IMG/VR virus record: IMGVR_UViG_3300007153_000063
Span: 1 to 7,651 of that record
DNA: 7,651 bases
Origin: a virus
Reading direction: 5' to 3' (one strand)
How positions within the stretch are numbered: position 1 is the stretch's first letter; each line of letters starts with the position of its first letter. The position numbers and the translations under genes are program-made. A model generated the notes under the pieces. That model saw only the letters and a program-made list of their open reading frames with translations. It was not told where the DNA came from and ran no database searches. Below are positions 1 to 5,978 of the stretch, one piece after another.

Positions 1-806
1 CTGCGATCAGTGTGCACTTGTTCAGCATGGGGTTGCAACCCCATACCCCGCAGTTCTTCAGATTCGAGCATGCAGCATAATTGCAATAGCTGCATTGAAC
101 GATTGTGCGCAACTCCGTGACTCCGCTTCGCTCCGGGCCGTGCGGCCAGGGAGGATCAGGTTAAAGGTATGCCAGCAATAGTCTGGGGCTGGCCTGAGTC
201 TGGCTCAAAATCCAGAAATACGCCCTCTTTCACGTATGTTTCACAATTGCGCTTTGAGGTCTTATAGGGCGTGCCGCGTTGCGTGTAGCAGTCGCATCGC
301 TCAGACATTTTGATGCACGCAGCAGGTTTTGGCACTGCTTGCGGGACTGTCAAATTGTCATAAACAGGCGCTGTATGCACGATGCCGGGGATACGCGGCT
401 CATAGCTATCAACGTATTCTTGCCGCGTTTTTGGCTGCTGCATTTGCGTAGGCTGCTGCTGTGGCTGCAGGGCGCTTTGGAACTGCTGTGGCGTGTTTTG
501 AGCTGCTGCAACTTGCTGTGCGTTTGCCTTGTGCTTGTCAGCATCGAATATGCCGATAAACGTGGGCAGCTTCCAAACTGCGACGGCCATGGCAGCTGCT
601 AAGAACCAGAGAATGCCCGGCAATTTTCGAGTTTGCTTTGTGTGTAGCTCAGCGCTTTTGTAGAGCTTGAAAACGCTTTTGTTGTAGCGCCAGAGCTTCT
701 TAGCAATGCTCTTTGAATACATGAGCGAGCGGCTTGCGTGGTCCCACTCATACACGATACAAGTGCGCGTGCCCCCTAGCCTGCGCACGTGAATATGCTG
801 ACCAAC
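1..806. repeat. Left copy of the 806-bp terminal direct repeat (same sequence as 6846-7651)
   Basis: ctgcgatcagtgtgcacttg at base 1 recurs at 6846. ORFs 279-602 and 350-544 have the same translations as 7124-7447 and 7195-7389, a constant offset of 6845. Spot checks at 721-806 against 7566-7651 also match. Confidence 0.95.
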
Positions 807-1205
807 AAGGCTGACCATGTTGCGATCTGTGAGATTCACACCTTGGGTAATCAAGATGAAGTCAACGCCCATATGCCGATGCGTTTCGAGTGCTTCGATG
901 TAGGCGGGCACTGCAGAGCCGTTGGGCCGTGGCTTCCACTCTTTTTGCACTTCATCGAAGACGATCACACTACCCGGCTTAGCCCATTCGTGCCAGTTTT
1001 TAAGCCCGCCTTTTTCGCTGCCATCAATCAGTTCATGCTCAATTGCGAGGCCGTTGATGTTTGAGTAGATGACACGCGGAATTTCTTCTGTTGAGCCGTC
1101 ATCATGGGTTTTAGTTACCGTGGTGCCCGTCAACTTCTTCAAGATTTCTTGAATTGCATAGAGCGTTTTTCCTGCACCTGGTGTGCCTGTGATGATGGTA
1201 ATCAT
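156..1205 (-). CDS. zot: Zot / pI-family phage assembly P-loop NTPase (349 aa)
   Basis: N-terminal Walker A GTPGAGKT (nt 1164-1187) and Walker B-like VIVFDEVQ. A single central TM segment (LPGILWFLAAAMAVAVWKLPTFIG) is followed by a Gln-rich linker and a Cys-containing C-terminal domain. It is the last gene of the morphogenesis block, and its ATG overlaps the upstream stop (ATGA at 1202-1205). Confidence 0.9.
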   Translation of the reverse strand: MITIITGTPGAGKTLYAIQEILKKLTGTTVTKTHDDGSTEEIPRVIYSNINGLAIEHELIDGSEKGGLKNWHEWAKPGSVIVFDEVQKEWKPRPNGSAVPAYIEALETHRHMGVDFILITQGVNLTDRNMVSLVGQHIHVRRLGGTRTCIVYEWDHASRSLMYSKSIAKKLWRYNKSVFKLYKSAELHTKQTRKLPGILWFLAAAMAVAVWKLPTFIGIFDADKHKANAQQVAAAQNTPQQFQSALQPQQQPTQMQQPKTRQEYVDSYEPRIPGIVHTAPVYDNLTVPQAVPKPAACIKMSERCDCYTQRGTPYKTSKRNCETYVKEGVFLDFEPDSGQPQTIAGIPLT

Positions 1206-1492
1206 TGGCTATTCGTGCTCATAAAACGCAAAGCCTTTGTAGCTTGCACAATCAGAATTTTTGTCGTGATGGCACCAGTGATAATGCCAAGGGCTTGGCC
1301 CATGCCTGCGAGCATGAATAGGCCAAAAACGTCAGCAGGAAGGCCGCCGATGTTGTTGACAAGAGCATTTTTAATTTGATCGATGACTGAGTTAATGCCG
1401 ACGACAGAGACAAGCCCGATGCCAAGGGCAATCAAAATCCTACTGATCAGCGGCTTGACAAGTGAGAGCAAAAAAAGTGCGAGCTGAGGCAT
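1202..1492 (-). CDS. pVI-like small integral membrane minor coat / assembly protein (96 aa)
   Basis: Very hydrophobic with two to three predicted TM segments and Gly-rich stretches. It sits between the adsorption protein and Zot, as gene VI does in other inoviruses. Its start overlaps the pIII-like stop (TAATG at 1490-1494). From memory it resembles the DUF2523-type phage proteins; this was not searched. Confidence 0.6.
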   Translation of the reverse strand: MPQLALFLLSLVKPLISRILIALGIGLVSVVGINSVIDQIKNALVNNIGGLPADVFGLFMLAGMGQALGIITGAITTKILIVQATKALRFMSTNSQ

Positions 1493-3003
1493 TATTCGTT
1501 CCTCGGAATCAAGATCATGAGCGCAGACATAAACGCAAGTGCAAGAACGATAGGGCGAACATAGCCGCTAATAAATCCGCAGGCCATGGCCCAGTCCCAG
1601 ACCGTTAAAGACTGGTTGCCAACTGTTGTAACTGCATTAGCTGGACAAGAGCCACTGCCTGAAAATAGCGATTCAGCTTGATAAGTAATCGTGATGGTTT
1701 CGGGGCCTGAGCCTTCACCGTTGCCGCCTTCGACTTCTTCAATGCCAGAGCATGCAAGTGCCTTTGGGTTCTCTTTGCAGTACTTATCAATATCGCTATC
1801 GCCCTCGCCTTCACCGCCTTCACCGTTACCACCGCCGCCTGTGCCGGGCTTTTGATTTTTGATAGCGTCTTCGATTTTTTTGAGGCTTTGATCTAGCTTA
1901 GAGGTGCCTGCATCAACTGCATCTTTAACGCCATCAACGGATTTTTTTGTGCTATTGATTGCATCTTTTGTTTGCTTTGCAGCGTCTTTAACAGCTTCGG
2001 TGTTTTTATCAACTGCGTTTTTTGTTGCCGCAACTTCTTTTGTGTTTTCAACGACAGCTTCTGTATTGATATCAACCGCTTTTTCAACATCACGAACAGC
2101 TGCTTCTACTTGCACATCTTGAACATTACACCGCGGTTGTCCAGGAGCGCCACAGCTACCGCCCTCACCCTCTCCGTTGCCATCTCCGCTGCCATCTTCT
2201 CTTGGCTTTGTTGGTTCTTTTTCTTTAGCATCAGGGACACAAATATCAGCATTAGGCTGTAGCTTGAAGCCCTTAGGGCACTCGCGGTTAGTTTCTTTAT
2301 CGGGAACGCATACACCCTTTACATACTTACTTGGAACATGGCCATTGGGGCACTCGCGGTCAGGTTCTTCTTCCGGAACACACACATTTGCCGCAAATTT
2401 ACTCGGCACATAGCCTTTAGGGCACTTGTCGTCATTTTTTTCGTCATCATCACCCTTGCCATCGTCGGGTGTGCACTCATTACCCGTCTGTTTTGCGGGA
2501 CCGTAAATGCCCTGAGAATCTGGGCCTACAAGCATGCCTTCAAATGTCACTGAAACCTCACAGCCACCGGGTGTGCATGTGAGATTGCCTCCGTTTAAAT
2601 CAATCTCTTTGACGTTCCACGCTTCTTGCGTGCCCATGTCTTTATCTGCTTCGCATTTTTTTGGTGGAGCAGCAGAACACATGGCATTGCGGTATACATC
2701 ACCTACTTTGCAAAAATGCATGTTCAATAGCGGCTGAAAAGTAGCAGGGTTTGGGTGTGGTGTATTCCATTCATAAGCAAGAAATCTACCTGAGCTAGCT
2801 TGAACAGCAAGGTTTTGAGTACGGCAAGCACTGATTTGCGAAGCCTGCTGATAGTAGCCACAAGCAGAATGAAACGGTGCATAAGGCTGTGTTTGGGCTG
2901 AAACTTGCGATGCAAGAAAAATCAGCGGAATGCAACATAAATAACGAGCAAAATGCCGCCAGCAACTAAGAAATTTAGAGGGTCGAACATGGCTTTTAGT
3001 CAT
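1492..3003 (-). CDS. pIII-like minor coat / host adsorption protein (504 aa from ATG 3003)
   Basis: Signal peptide MTKSHVRPSKFLSCWRHFARYLCCIPLIFLASQVSA|Q, then a Cys-rich N-terminal region. Three Gly/Glu/Asn-rich linkers follow (nt 2155-2196, 1795-1848, 1705-1731), then a C-terminal hydrophobic anchor IVLALAFMSALMILIP. It is the largest ORF and lies between the coat genes and the pVI-like gene. The 551-aa ORF start at 3147 is rejected because it overlaps the upstream gene and precedes the signal peptide. Confidence 0.75.
   Translation of the reverse strand: MTKSHVRPSKFLSCWRHFARYLCCIPLIFLASQVSAQTQPYAPFHSACGYYQQASQISACRTQNLAVQASSGRFLAYEWNTPHPNPATFQPLLNMHFCKVGDVYRNAMCSAAPPKKCEADKDMGTQEAWNVKEIDLNGGNLTCTPGGCEVSVTFEGMLVGPDSQGIYGPAKQTGNECTPDDGKGDDDEKNDDKCPKGYVPSKFAANVCVPEEEPDRECPNGHVPSKYVKGVCVPDKETNRECPKGFKLQPNADICVPDAKEKEPTKPREDGSGDGNGEGEGGSCGAPGQPRCNVQDVQVEAAVRDVEKAVDINTEAVVENTKEVAATKNAVDKNTEAVKDAAKQTKDAINSTKKSVDGVKDAVDAGTSKLDQSLKKIEDAIKNQKPGTGGGGNGEGGEGEGDSDIDKYCKENPKALACSGIEEVEGGNGEGSGPETITITYQAESLFSGSGSCPANAVTTVGNQSLTVWDWAMACGFISGYVRPIVLALAFMSALMILIPRNE
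2209..2424 (-). repeat. Three tandem 72-bp (24-aa) coding repeats inside the pIII-like gene
   Basis: The units are CPKGYVPSKFAANVCVPEEEPDRE, CPNGHVPSKYVKGVCVPDKETNRE and CPKGFKLQPNADICVPDAKEKEPT. The DNA motif gggcact recurs at 2276, 2348 and 2420, a 72-bp period. Confidence 0.85.
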
Positions 3004-3187
3004 CGTTTGAAACGCTGAACAAGTTGTAGAGCTGCTTAGCAAGAAACACAGCAAGCGCAGCGACAAAAAAAAGTGAGCCAGCCTCGAAAAGCTGCTCACG
3101 CTGTGCAGGGTTGTCCGGCGGTGGGGCAATCTGAATAGTGATAACACCCTGCTCTGTTGTGACCTGATGTGTTTGATTTTCAGACAT
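2996..3187 (-). CDS. Small membrane protein (63 aa from ATG 3187), a possible minor coat protein analogous to pVII/pIX
   Basis: MSENQTHQV... with a C-terminal TM segment LFEAGSLFFVAALAVFLAKQLY. It starts 20 nt after the major coat stop, behind a G-rich stretch (ggggttggggt). Its stop overlaps the pIII-like start by 8 nt (ATGACTAA). The upstream ATG at 3250 would overlap the coat gene. Confidence 0.45.
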   Translation of the reverse strand: MSENQTHQVTTEQGVITIQIAPPPDNPAQREQLFEAGSLFFVAALAVFLAKQLYNLFSVSNDD

Positions 3188-3207
3188 ACCCCAACCCCAT
3201 CGATTGC

Positions 3208-3441
3208 TTAGAACCAGCCCATTTTTGTGCCCAACTTTTTCAGGCCCCAAATTGCAACACCTGCGGCCAGAACCAAGCCAATAGCTGCAAGAGCATCAGT
3301 TTGATATTCAGTAATCGCAGATGAAACCTCAGATGGCAATGCAGCATGTGCGCTACTTGCTGCAGCAATTGCGATAGCTGTTGTAGCAGCTACTTTGGCT
3401 TTAATCGATGCGGCAAAGCCGCGTACTTTTTGTGCGTTCAT
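3208..3441 (-). CDS. pVIII-like major coat protein precursor (77 aa)
   Basis: A 33-aa signal peptide ends in AHA|A. The mature peptide is 44 aa with an acidic N-terminus (ALPSEVSSAITEYQTD), a hydrophobic core (ALAAIGLVLAAGVAIWG) and a basic C-terminus (LKKLGTKMGWF). An AAGGA Shine-Dalgarno lies 7 nt upstream of the ATG. Confidence 0.85.
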   Translation of the reverse strand: MNAQKVRGFAASIKAKVAATTAIAIAAASSAHAALPSEVSSAITEYQTDALAAIGLVLAAGVAIWGLKKLGTKMGWF

Positions 3442-3468
3442 GATGATTTCCTTCGATGCGGTTTAAAG

Positions 3469-3500
3469 AAGCAAGGCCGGTGCATCAGTCGGCTTTGCTT
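3469..3500. other. Inverted repeat / hairpin in the 64-bp gap upstream of the coat gene
   Basis: aagcaaggccg-N10-cggctttgctt, 11-bp arms with one non-Watson-Crick position. Confidence 0.5.
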
Positions 3501-3505
3501 GAAAA

Positions 3506-3712
3506 TTAAATGTGATCCTTGATCGCCTTAAATTGCTGTCCACGAAGCTCATGCACGTACTCTTGAGACAAATACCAAGCATGGCTTGCAAAATCAGAAC
3601 GGTCTTGATCAGTTGACTGATATGCAATTTGCAAAAGCCAAAGCTGAAATTGCTCAAAGCTAGGTTGACCCACGGTAAGGGCGTGTTCAATCTGATCTGT
3701 TGTTAATGGCAT
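3506..3712 (-). CDS. Hypothetical hydrophilic 68-aa protein
   Basis: The ORF fills the gap between the ssDNA-binding and coat genes and starts 7 nt after the upstream stop. It has no TM segment, no recognisable motif and no clear SD. Confidence 0.45.
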   Translation of the reverse strand: MPLTTDQIEHALTVGQPSFEQFQLWLLQIAYQSTDQDRSDFASHAWYLSQEYVHELRGQQFKAIKDHI

Positions 3713-3719
3713 TTATGAC

Positions 3720-4031
3720 TTAGGCCTGCTTTTTAACGGTCTCAACCGGGCGAATTTCAGTCACGATGGTTTCACGCTTGCCAAAGCGCATCACGTCCTC
3801 TGTAGTTACCTCGGCAACGATAGGAAAAGGCAGGTGTTGAATGCGGCGCAGAATTTCAACATCCAACTGATATTTGTCGCCCATGTAACCCTTAGCTACG
3901 TTGTCAGCGCCCATAGCCGGGGCCAACTTTGTCAGCGTGTAAACACTACCAATGCTGTATGGATTGCCGGTCTTTTTCGATACGCCTTCACTGATTTCAA
4001 TGCCGACGATTTGCTTTTGTTCAACTGCCAT
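3720..4031 (-). CDS. Putative pV-like ssDNA-binding protein (103 aa)
   Basis: It lies directly downstream of Rep (stop TAA, 3 nt, then ATG). Size and position match inovirus ssDNA-binding proteins, and its beta-rich composition is compatible with an OB fold. The assignment rests mainly on synteny. Confidence 0.55.
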   Translation of the reverse strand: MAVEQKQIVGIEISEGVSKKTGNPYSIGSVYTLTKLAPAMGADNVAKGYMGDKYQLDVEILRRIQHLPFPIVAEVTTEDVMRFGKRETIVTEIRPVETVKKQA

Positions 4032-4034
4032 TTT

Positions 4035-5009
4035 TTACGCTGCCTTTCGTGCAAGGTCACATACCCCGGACCAGGAGGGGCCAGCCGCCAGACTGGATAG
4101 ATTGACACGCCTAGGAACGCCGATAACACGGACTTCTTTGACGAGACTGGCGATTTCAAAATCTTCAGTTGTAGACATTACGTCGATGGCTTTGCCATAC
4201 GTGCGACGCAAGTGCACAAGCAAATGCGAAAGCGTGACTTCGCCTTCTGTACGCTTTGTTGGGATTTTTTCCGCACCGCATTCGTTATCAAGCAGGTCTT
4301 TAAGCACTGGATAAGCGCCTGCAAAGTACTTATCACGCTCTGTAAGGGCTTCAAGCGGTATCGTGCGATCACGGTTGCCAAATTGGACTTCGTAGCGTGT
4401 CCACGGGCTGTTTGCTTGCCCGAGTTGCTGGCCCTTTTCATAGGCCCGCAAAACTTTGCCGTTTTTAGCTTTTCCGATGTACAAGGTGCGCTCTCTTTCG
4501 TTGAGCCAGTCGCCTGCTTGCGAAGTCGCAGGCGGACGACCGGAACTAGTAAATTTGCCTGCGCGATAGAACGTCACTGCATCGTCTACCGTGTATTCAC
4601 CATTGATAAAATCGACACACAAATCAAGTCGTGTAACCTTGGCATTGAGCTCCTGCAACCAGTTGCGCATTGCGTACCAGTTGTCGATCAATGAGCAGCC
4701 AGCACCGGGTATTGAGAGCATCCATGTACCCATTTGGGCCTCACCGCCGAAGCCCAAAAACCCGATGGCTTGCTTGCGTGAGCCGACATGTGCAAACAGA
4801 GCGACGCTCTTTGCATAACCACGAATGCCCTTACCTTCATCAAGTCCAGAAACAGGCCGAGCCATGATTTCTGACAGCTTGTGAATCACGTCTTCGACAG
4901 TCAATTCTTGAGGCTTGAAGGTGCAATTTAGCCAGTCGACCTTAGCTTGTTGTGTGGGGGTACTTTCCCCCCGTGTTACCGGACGGGGGGAAGTGGTTGC
5001 ATTTTTCAT
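4035..5009 (-). CDS. Rolling-circle replication initiation protein, RstA / Rep_trans-like (324 aa from ATG 5009)
   Basis: An N-terminal VDWLNCTF block and later LRAYEKGQQ and WTRYEVQF blocks resemble, from memory, the replication initiation factor family used by CTX-type and related inoviruses. A strong GGAGG lies 8 nt before ATG 5009, whereas the ORF-track start at 5048 has none. It is the first large gene of the operon. Confidence 0.85.
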   Translation of the reverse strand: MKNATTSPRPVTRGESTPTQQAKVDWLNCTFKPQELTVEDVIHKLSEIMARPVSGLDEGKGIRGYAKSVALFAHVGSRKQAIGFLGFGGEAQMGTWMLSIPGAGCSLIDNWYAMRNWLQELNAKVTRLDLCVDFINGEYTVDDAVTFYRAGKFTSSGRPPATSQAGDWLNERERTLYIGKAKNGKVLRAYEKGQQLGQANSPWTRYEVQFGNRDRTIPLEALTERDKYFAGAYPVLKDLLDNECGAEKIPTKRTEGEVTLSHLLVHLRRTYGKAIDVMSTTEDFEIASLVKEVRVIGVPRRVNLSSLAAGPSWSGVCDLARKAA

Positions 5010-5188
5010 CGTGCGACCTCCACGCCCGCACCGGCTCGTGCGGCGCAAGCTTGCCCGGCCGCTGCGGGCTTAGGCTGAACGAACAAGGGATGTTGCAAAA
5101 ACTTCGCCTGCATCGGCAACAGGTGTGCAACTGGACGCGGCTGCAGGCTTGGCAATGCGCAATCAAGGACTTCGGCAATGTGTTTCAT
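5006..5188 (-). CDS. Doubtful 60-aa ORF (MKHIAEVLDC...) coupled to Rep, possibly non-coding leader
   Basis: ATGA overlaps occur at both ends (5185-5188 and 5006-5009). The C-terminal half is Ala/Gly/Pro low-complexity sequence encoded by a GC-rich compound hairpin (5024-5069), which argues for a structural element rather than a protein. Confidence 0.25.
   Translation of the reverse strand: MKHIAEVLDCALPSLQPRPVAHLLPMQAKFLQHPLFVQPKPAAAGQACAARAGAGVEVAR
5024..5069 (-). promoter_or_regulatory. GC-rich compound hairpin just upstream of the Rep ribosome-binding site
   Basis: Outer arms are gcccgca (5024-5030) and tgcgggc (5063-5069). Inner arms are gcggc (5040-5044) and gccgc (5058-5062). The apex is the 10-bp palindrome gcaagcttgc (5045-5054). 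Confidence 0.5.
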
Positions 5189-5307
5189 ACTGCACCCGCC
5201 AATGCACATTCAGACCAATACTTGCAATCAGCACGAACAGAACCGTACTCATCAAAGAATACAAATGCGCCGTAGAGCATAAAAACGAAAGCGATAGCGT
5301 TTGCCAT
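5185..5307 (-). CDS. Possible 40-aa hydrophobic micro-protein (MANAIAFVFMLYGAFVFFDEYGSVRADCKYWSECALAGAV)
   Basis: I translated this by hand; it is too short for the ORF track. Its ATG overlaps the zinc-ribbon stop (TAATG at 5305-5309) and its stop overlaps the next ATG. The N-terminal 18 residues look like a TM helix. Confidence 0.35.
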   Translation of the reverse strand: MANAIAFVFMLYGAFVFFDEYGSVRADCKYWSECALAGAV

Positions 5308-5498
5308 TAAAAATCCGTACCGCAAGAAGTGCAGACAGAAGACGATGCGCCAATGTCGAAGTCTTCAATCATGAAACCACAGGATGGGCAAGGCATAGTC
5401 GTAGAGCCAACTTCGGTCACGAAAGCGCCGCAGGACGGGCAATCACCATCGCCATTGTCGAAACCTTCCCAGCCGCATTCACCGCATTCGCATTGCAT
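5307..5498 (-). CDS. Small acidic double zinc-ribbon protein (63 aa)
   Basis: Four CxxC pairs: C5-C8 with C20-C23, and C37-C40 with C56-C59; three of them are in C(P/T)SCG. There are 11 Asp/Glu and no Lys, Arg or His. AGGAG lies 7 nt upstream of the ATG. It is the first gene after the divergent control region. Confidence 0.65.
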   Translation of the reverse strand: MQCECGECGWEGFDNGDGDCPSCGAFVTEVGSTTMPCPSCGFMIEDFDIGASSSVCTSCGTDF

Positions 5499-5630
5499 TT
5501 TTACGCTCCTAAAATCTCACACCCTGCGAGATATTGTGGCGAATGTATCATTAAATCTTACAGGTTGCGAGACATTTTTTCTCACAACCTGTCAGAATTG
5601 CATTTCTAACAGCCTGAAAGAGTTCTAAAA
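5499..5630. promoter_or_regulatory. Divergent control region with repeated operator-like half-sites
   Basis: This 132-bp gap separates oppositely oriented first genes. Four copies of TG(C/T)GAGA / TCTCACA form two inverted pairs, at 5515-5531 and 5566-5586. The second pair lies within a 13-bp-arm inverted repeat, acaggttgcgaga-N7-tctcacaacctgt (5560-5592, one mismatch). I could not place -35/-10 boxes with confidence. Confidence 0.55.
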
Positions 5631-5978
5631 ATGCCACAAACCCTTGATTTACTTAAAAAAGCTCTGGAAATAAAAAATGCTGCCCGTTGGCAGCATGATT
5701 TAAATTTAAGCAGTGGGGCAATTTACACAGCAAGAAAACGTGGCCGTTTAAGCCCTACTCTTGCAGGACAGCTAGCTATTGCGCTCAAAGAAGATCCTAT
5801 GCAATGGACAGCAATTGCTGCCCTTGAAGCTGAGCCAGACAGCCCGCTATTACAAAGCCTCAAGCAAACGTTACAGTCTGTATATTATGTTAAATGTTTA
5901 ATTGACAAACATAAACCATCATTCAGTAGCACCCCACTGGCCCGCATCATGCGGGCTTGTTCATTTTGGAGACCCTGA
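5631..5978 (+). CDS. HTH DNA-binding protein, putative phage repressor / regulator (115 aa)
   Basis: The segment WQHDLNLSSGAIYTARKRGRLSPTLAGQLA looks like a Cro/CI-type helix-turn-helix. It is transcribed divergently from the Rep operon, as rstR is in CTX-type phages. Confidence 0.7.
   Translation: MPQTLDLLKKALEIKNAARWQHDLNLSSGAIYTARKRGRLSPTLAGQLAIALKEDPMQWTAIAALEAEPDSPLLQSLKQTLQSVYYVKCLIDKHKPSFSSTPLARIMRACSFWRP
5940..5969 (+). terminator. Intrinsic-terminator-like hairpin inside the 3' end of the first HTH gene
   Basis: gcccgcat-c-atgcgggc (8-bp arms, 5940-5956) is followed by ttgttcattttgg. The T-rich tail is present only in the plus orientation. Confidence 0.45.

Noticed and set aside
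279-1379. Plus-strand ORFs 279-602, 789-1064 and 1104-1379, and minus-strand ORF 350-544, within zot and the pVI-like gene (copies at 7124-7447 and 7195-7389)
   Set aside because: They are antisense or alternate-frame shadows of a well-supported P-loop ATPase gene. They have Cys/Arg/Leu-rich compositions and no SD.
1605-2915. Many short ORFs on both strands inside the pIII-like gene (for example 1605-1832, 1893-2093, 1904-2122, 1972-2262, 2106-2315, 2177-2413, 2338-2553, 2534-2737, 2724-2915)
   Set aside because: They are generated by the low-complexity and repeat coding sequence of the adsorption gene. They are not independent genes.
3004-3147. N-terminal extension of the 551-aa ORF (start at 3147) for the adsorption protein
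   Set aside because: The extension overlaps the 63-aa gene by 144 nt in another frame and precedes a typical signal peptide that starts at Met49 (ATG 3003). The ATGACTAA junction at 2996-3003 fits translational coupling.
3463-3690. 75-aa minus-strand ORF overlapping the 68-aa ORF in another frame
   Set aside because: It runs through the intergenic hairpin and has a Leu/Ser/Cys-biased composition. The 3506-3712 frame fits the gene spacing (7 nt after the upstream stop).
3834-4867. ORFs 3834-4100, 3932-4159, 3952-4314, 4178-4441, 4212-4694, 4591-4818 and 4670-4867 overlapping the ssDNA-binding and Rep genes
   Set aside because: These shadow frames lie entirely within better-supported genes.
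5010-5048. Upstream start (5048) for Rep giving 337 aa
   Set aside because: It has no SD and an Arg/Gly/Cys-rich leader encoded by the GC hairpin region. ATG 5009 has GGAGG at ideal spacing.
4942-5628. ORFs 4942-5178 (-), 4952-5275 (+), 5125-5310 (+), 5301-5609 (+) and 5329-5628 (+)
   Set aside because: The plus-strand ones are antisense to the zinc-ribbon gene, the micro-ORF chain and the control region. The minus-strand 78-aa frame lacks coupling or an SD and has an Arg/Cys-rich composition.
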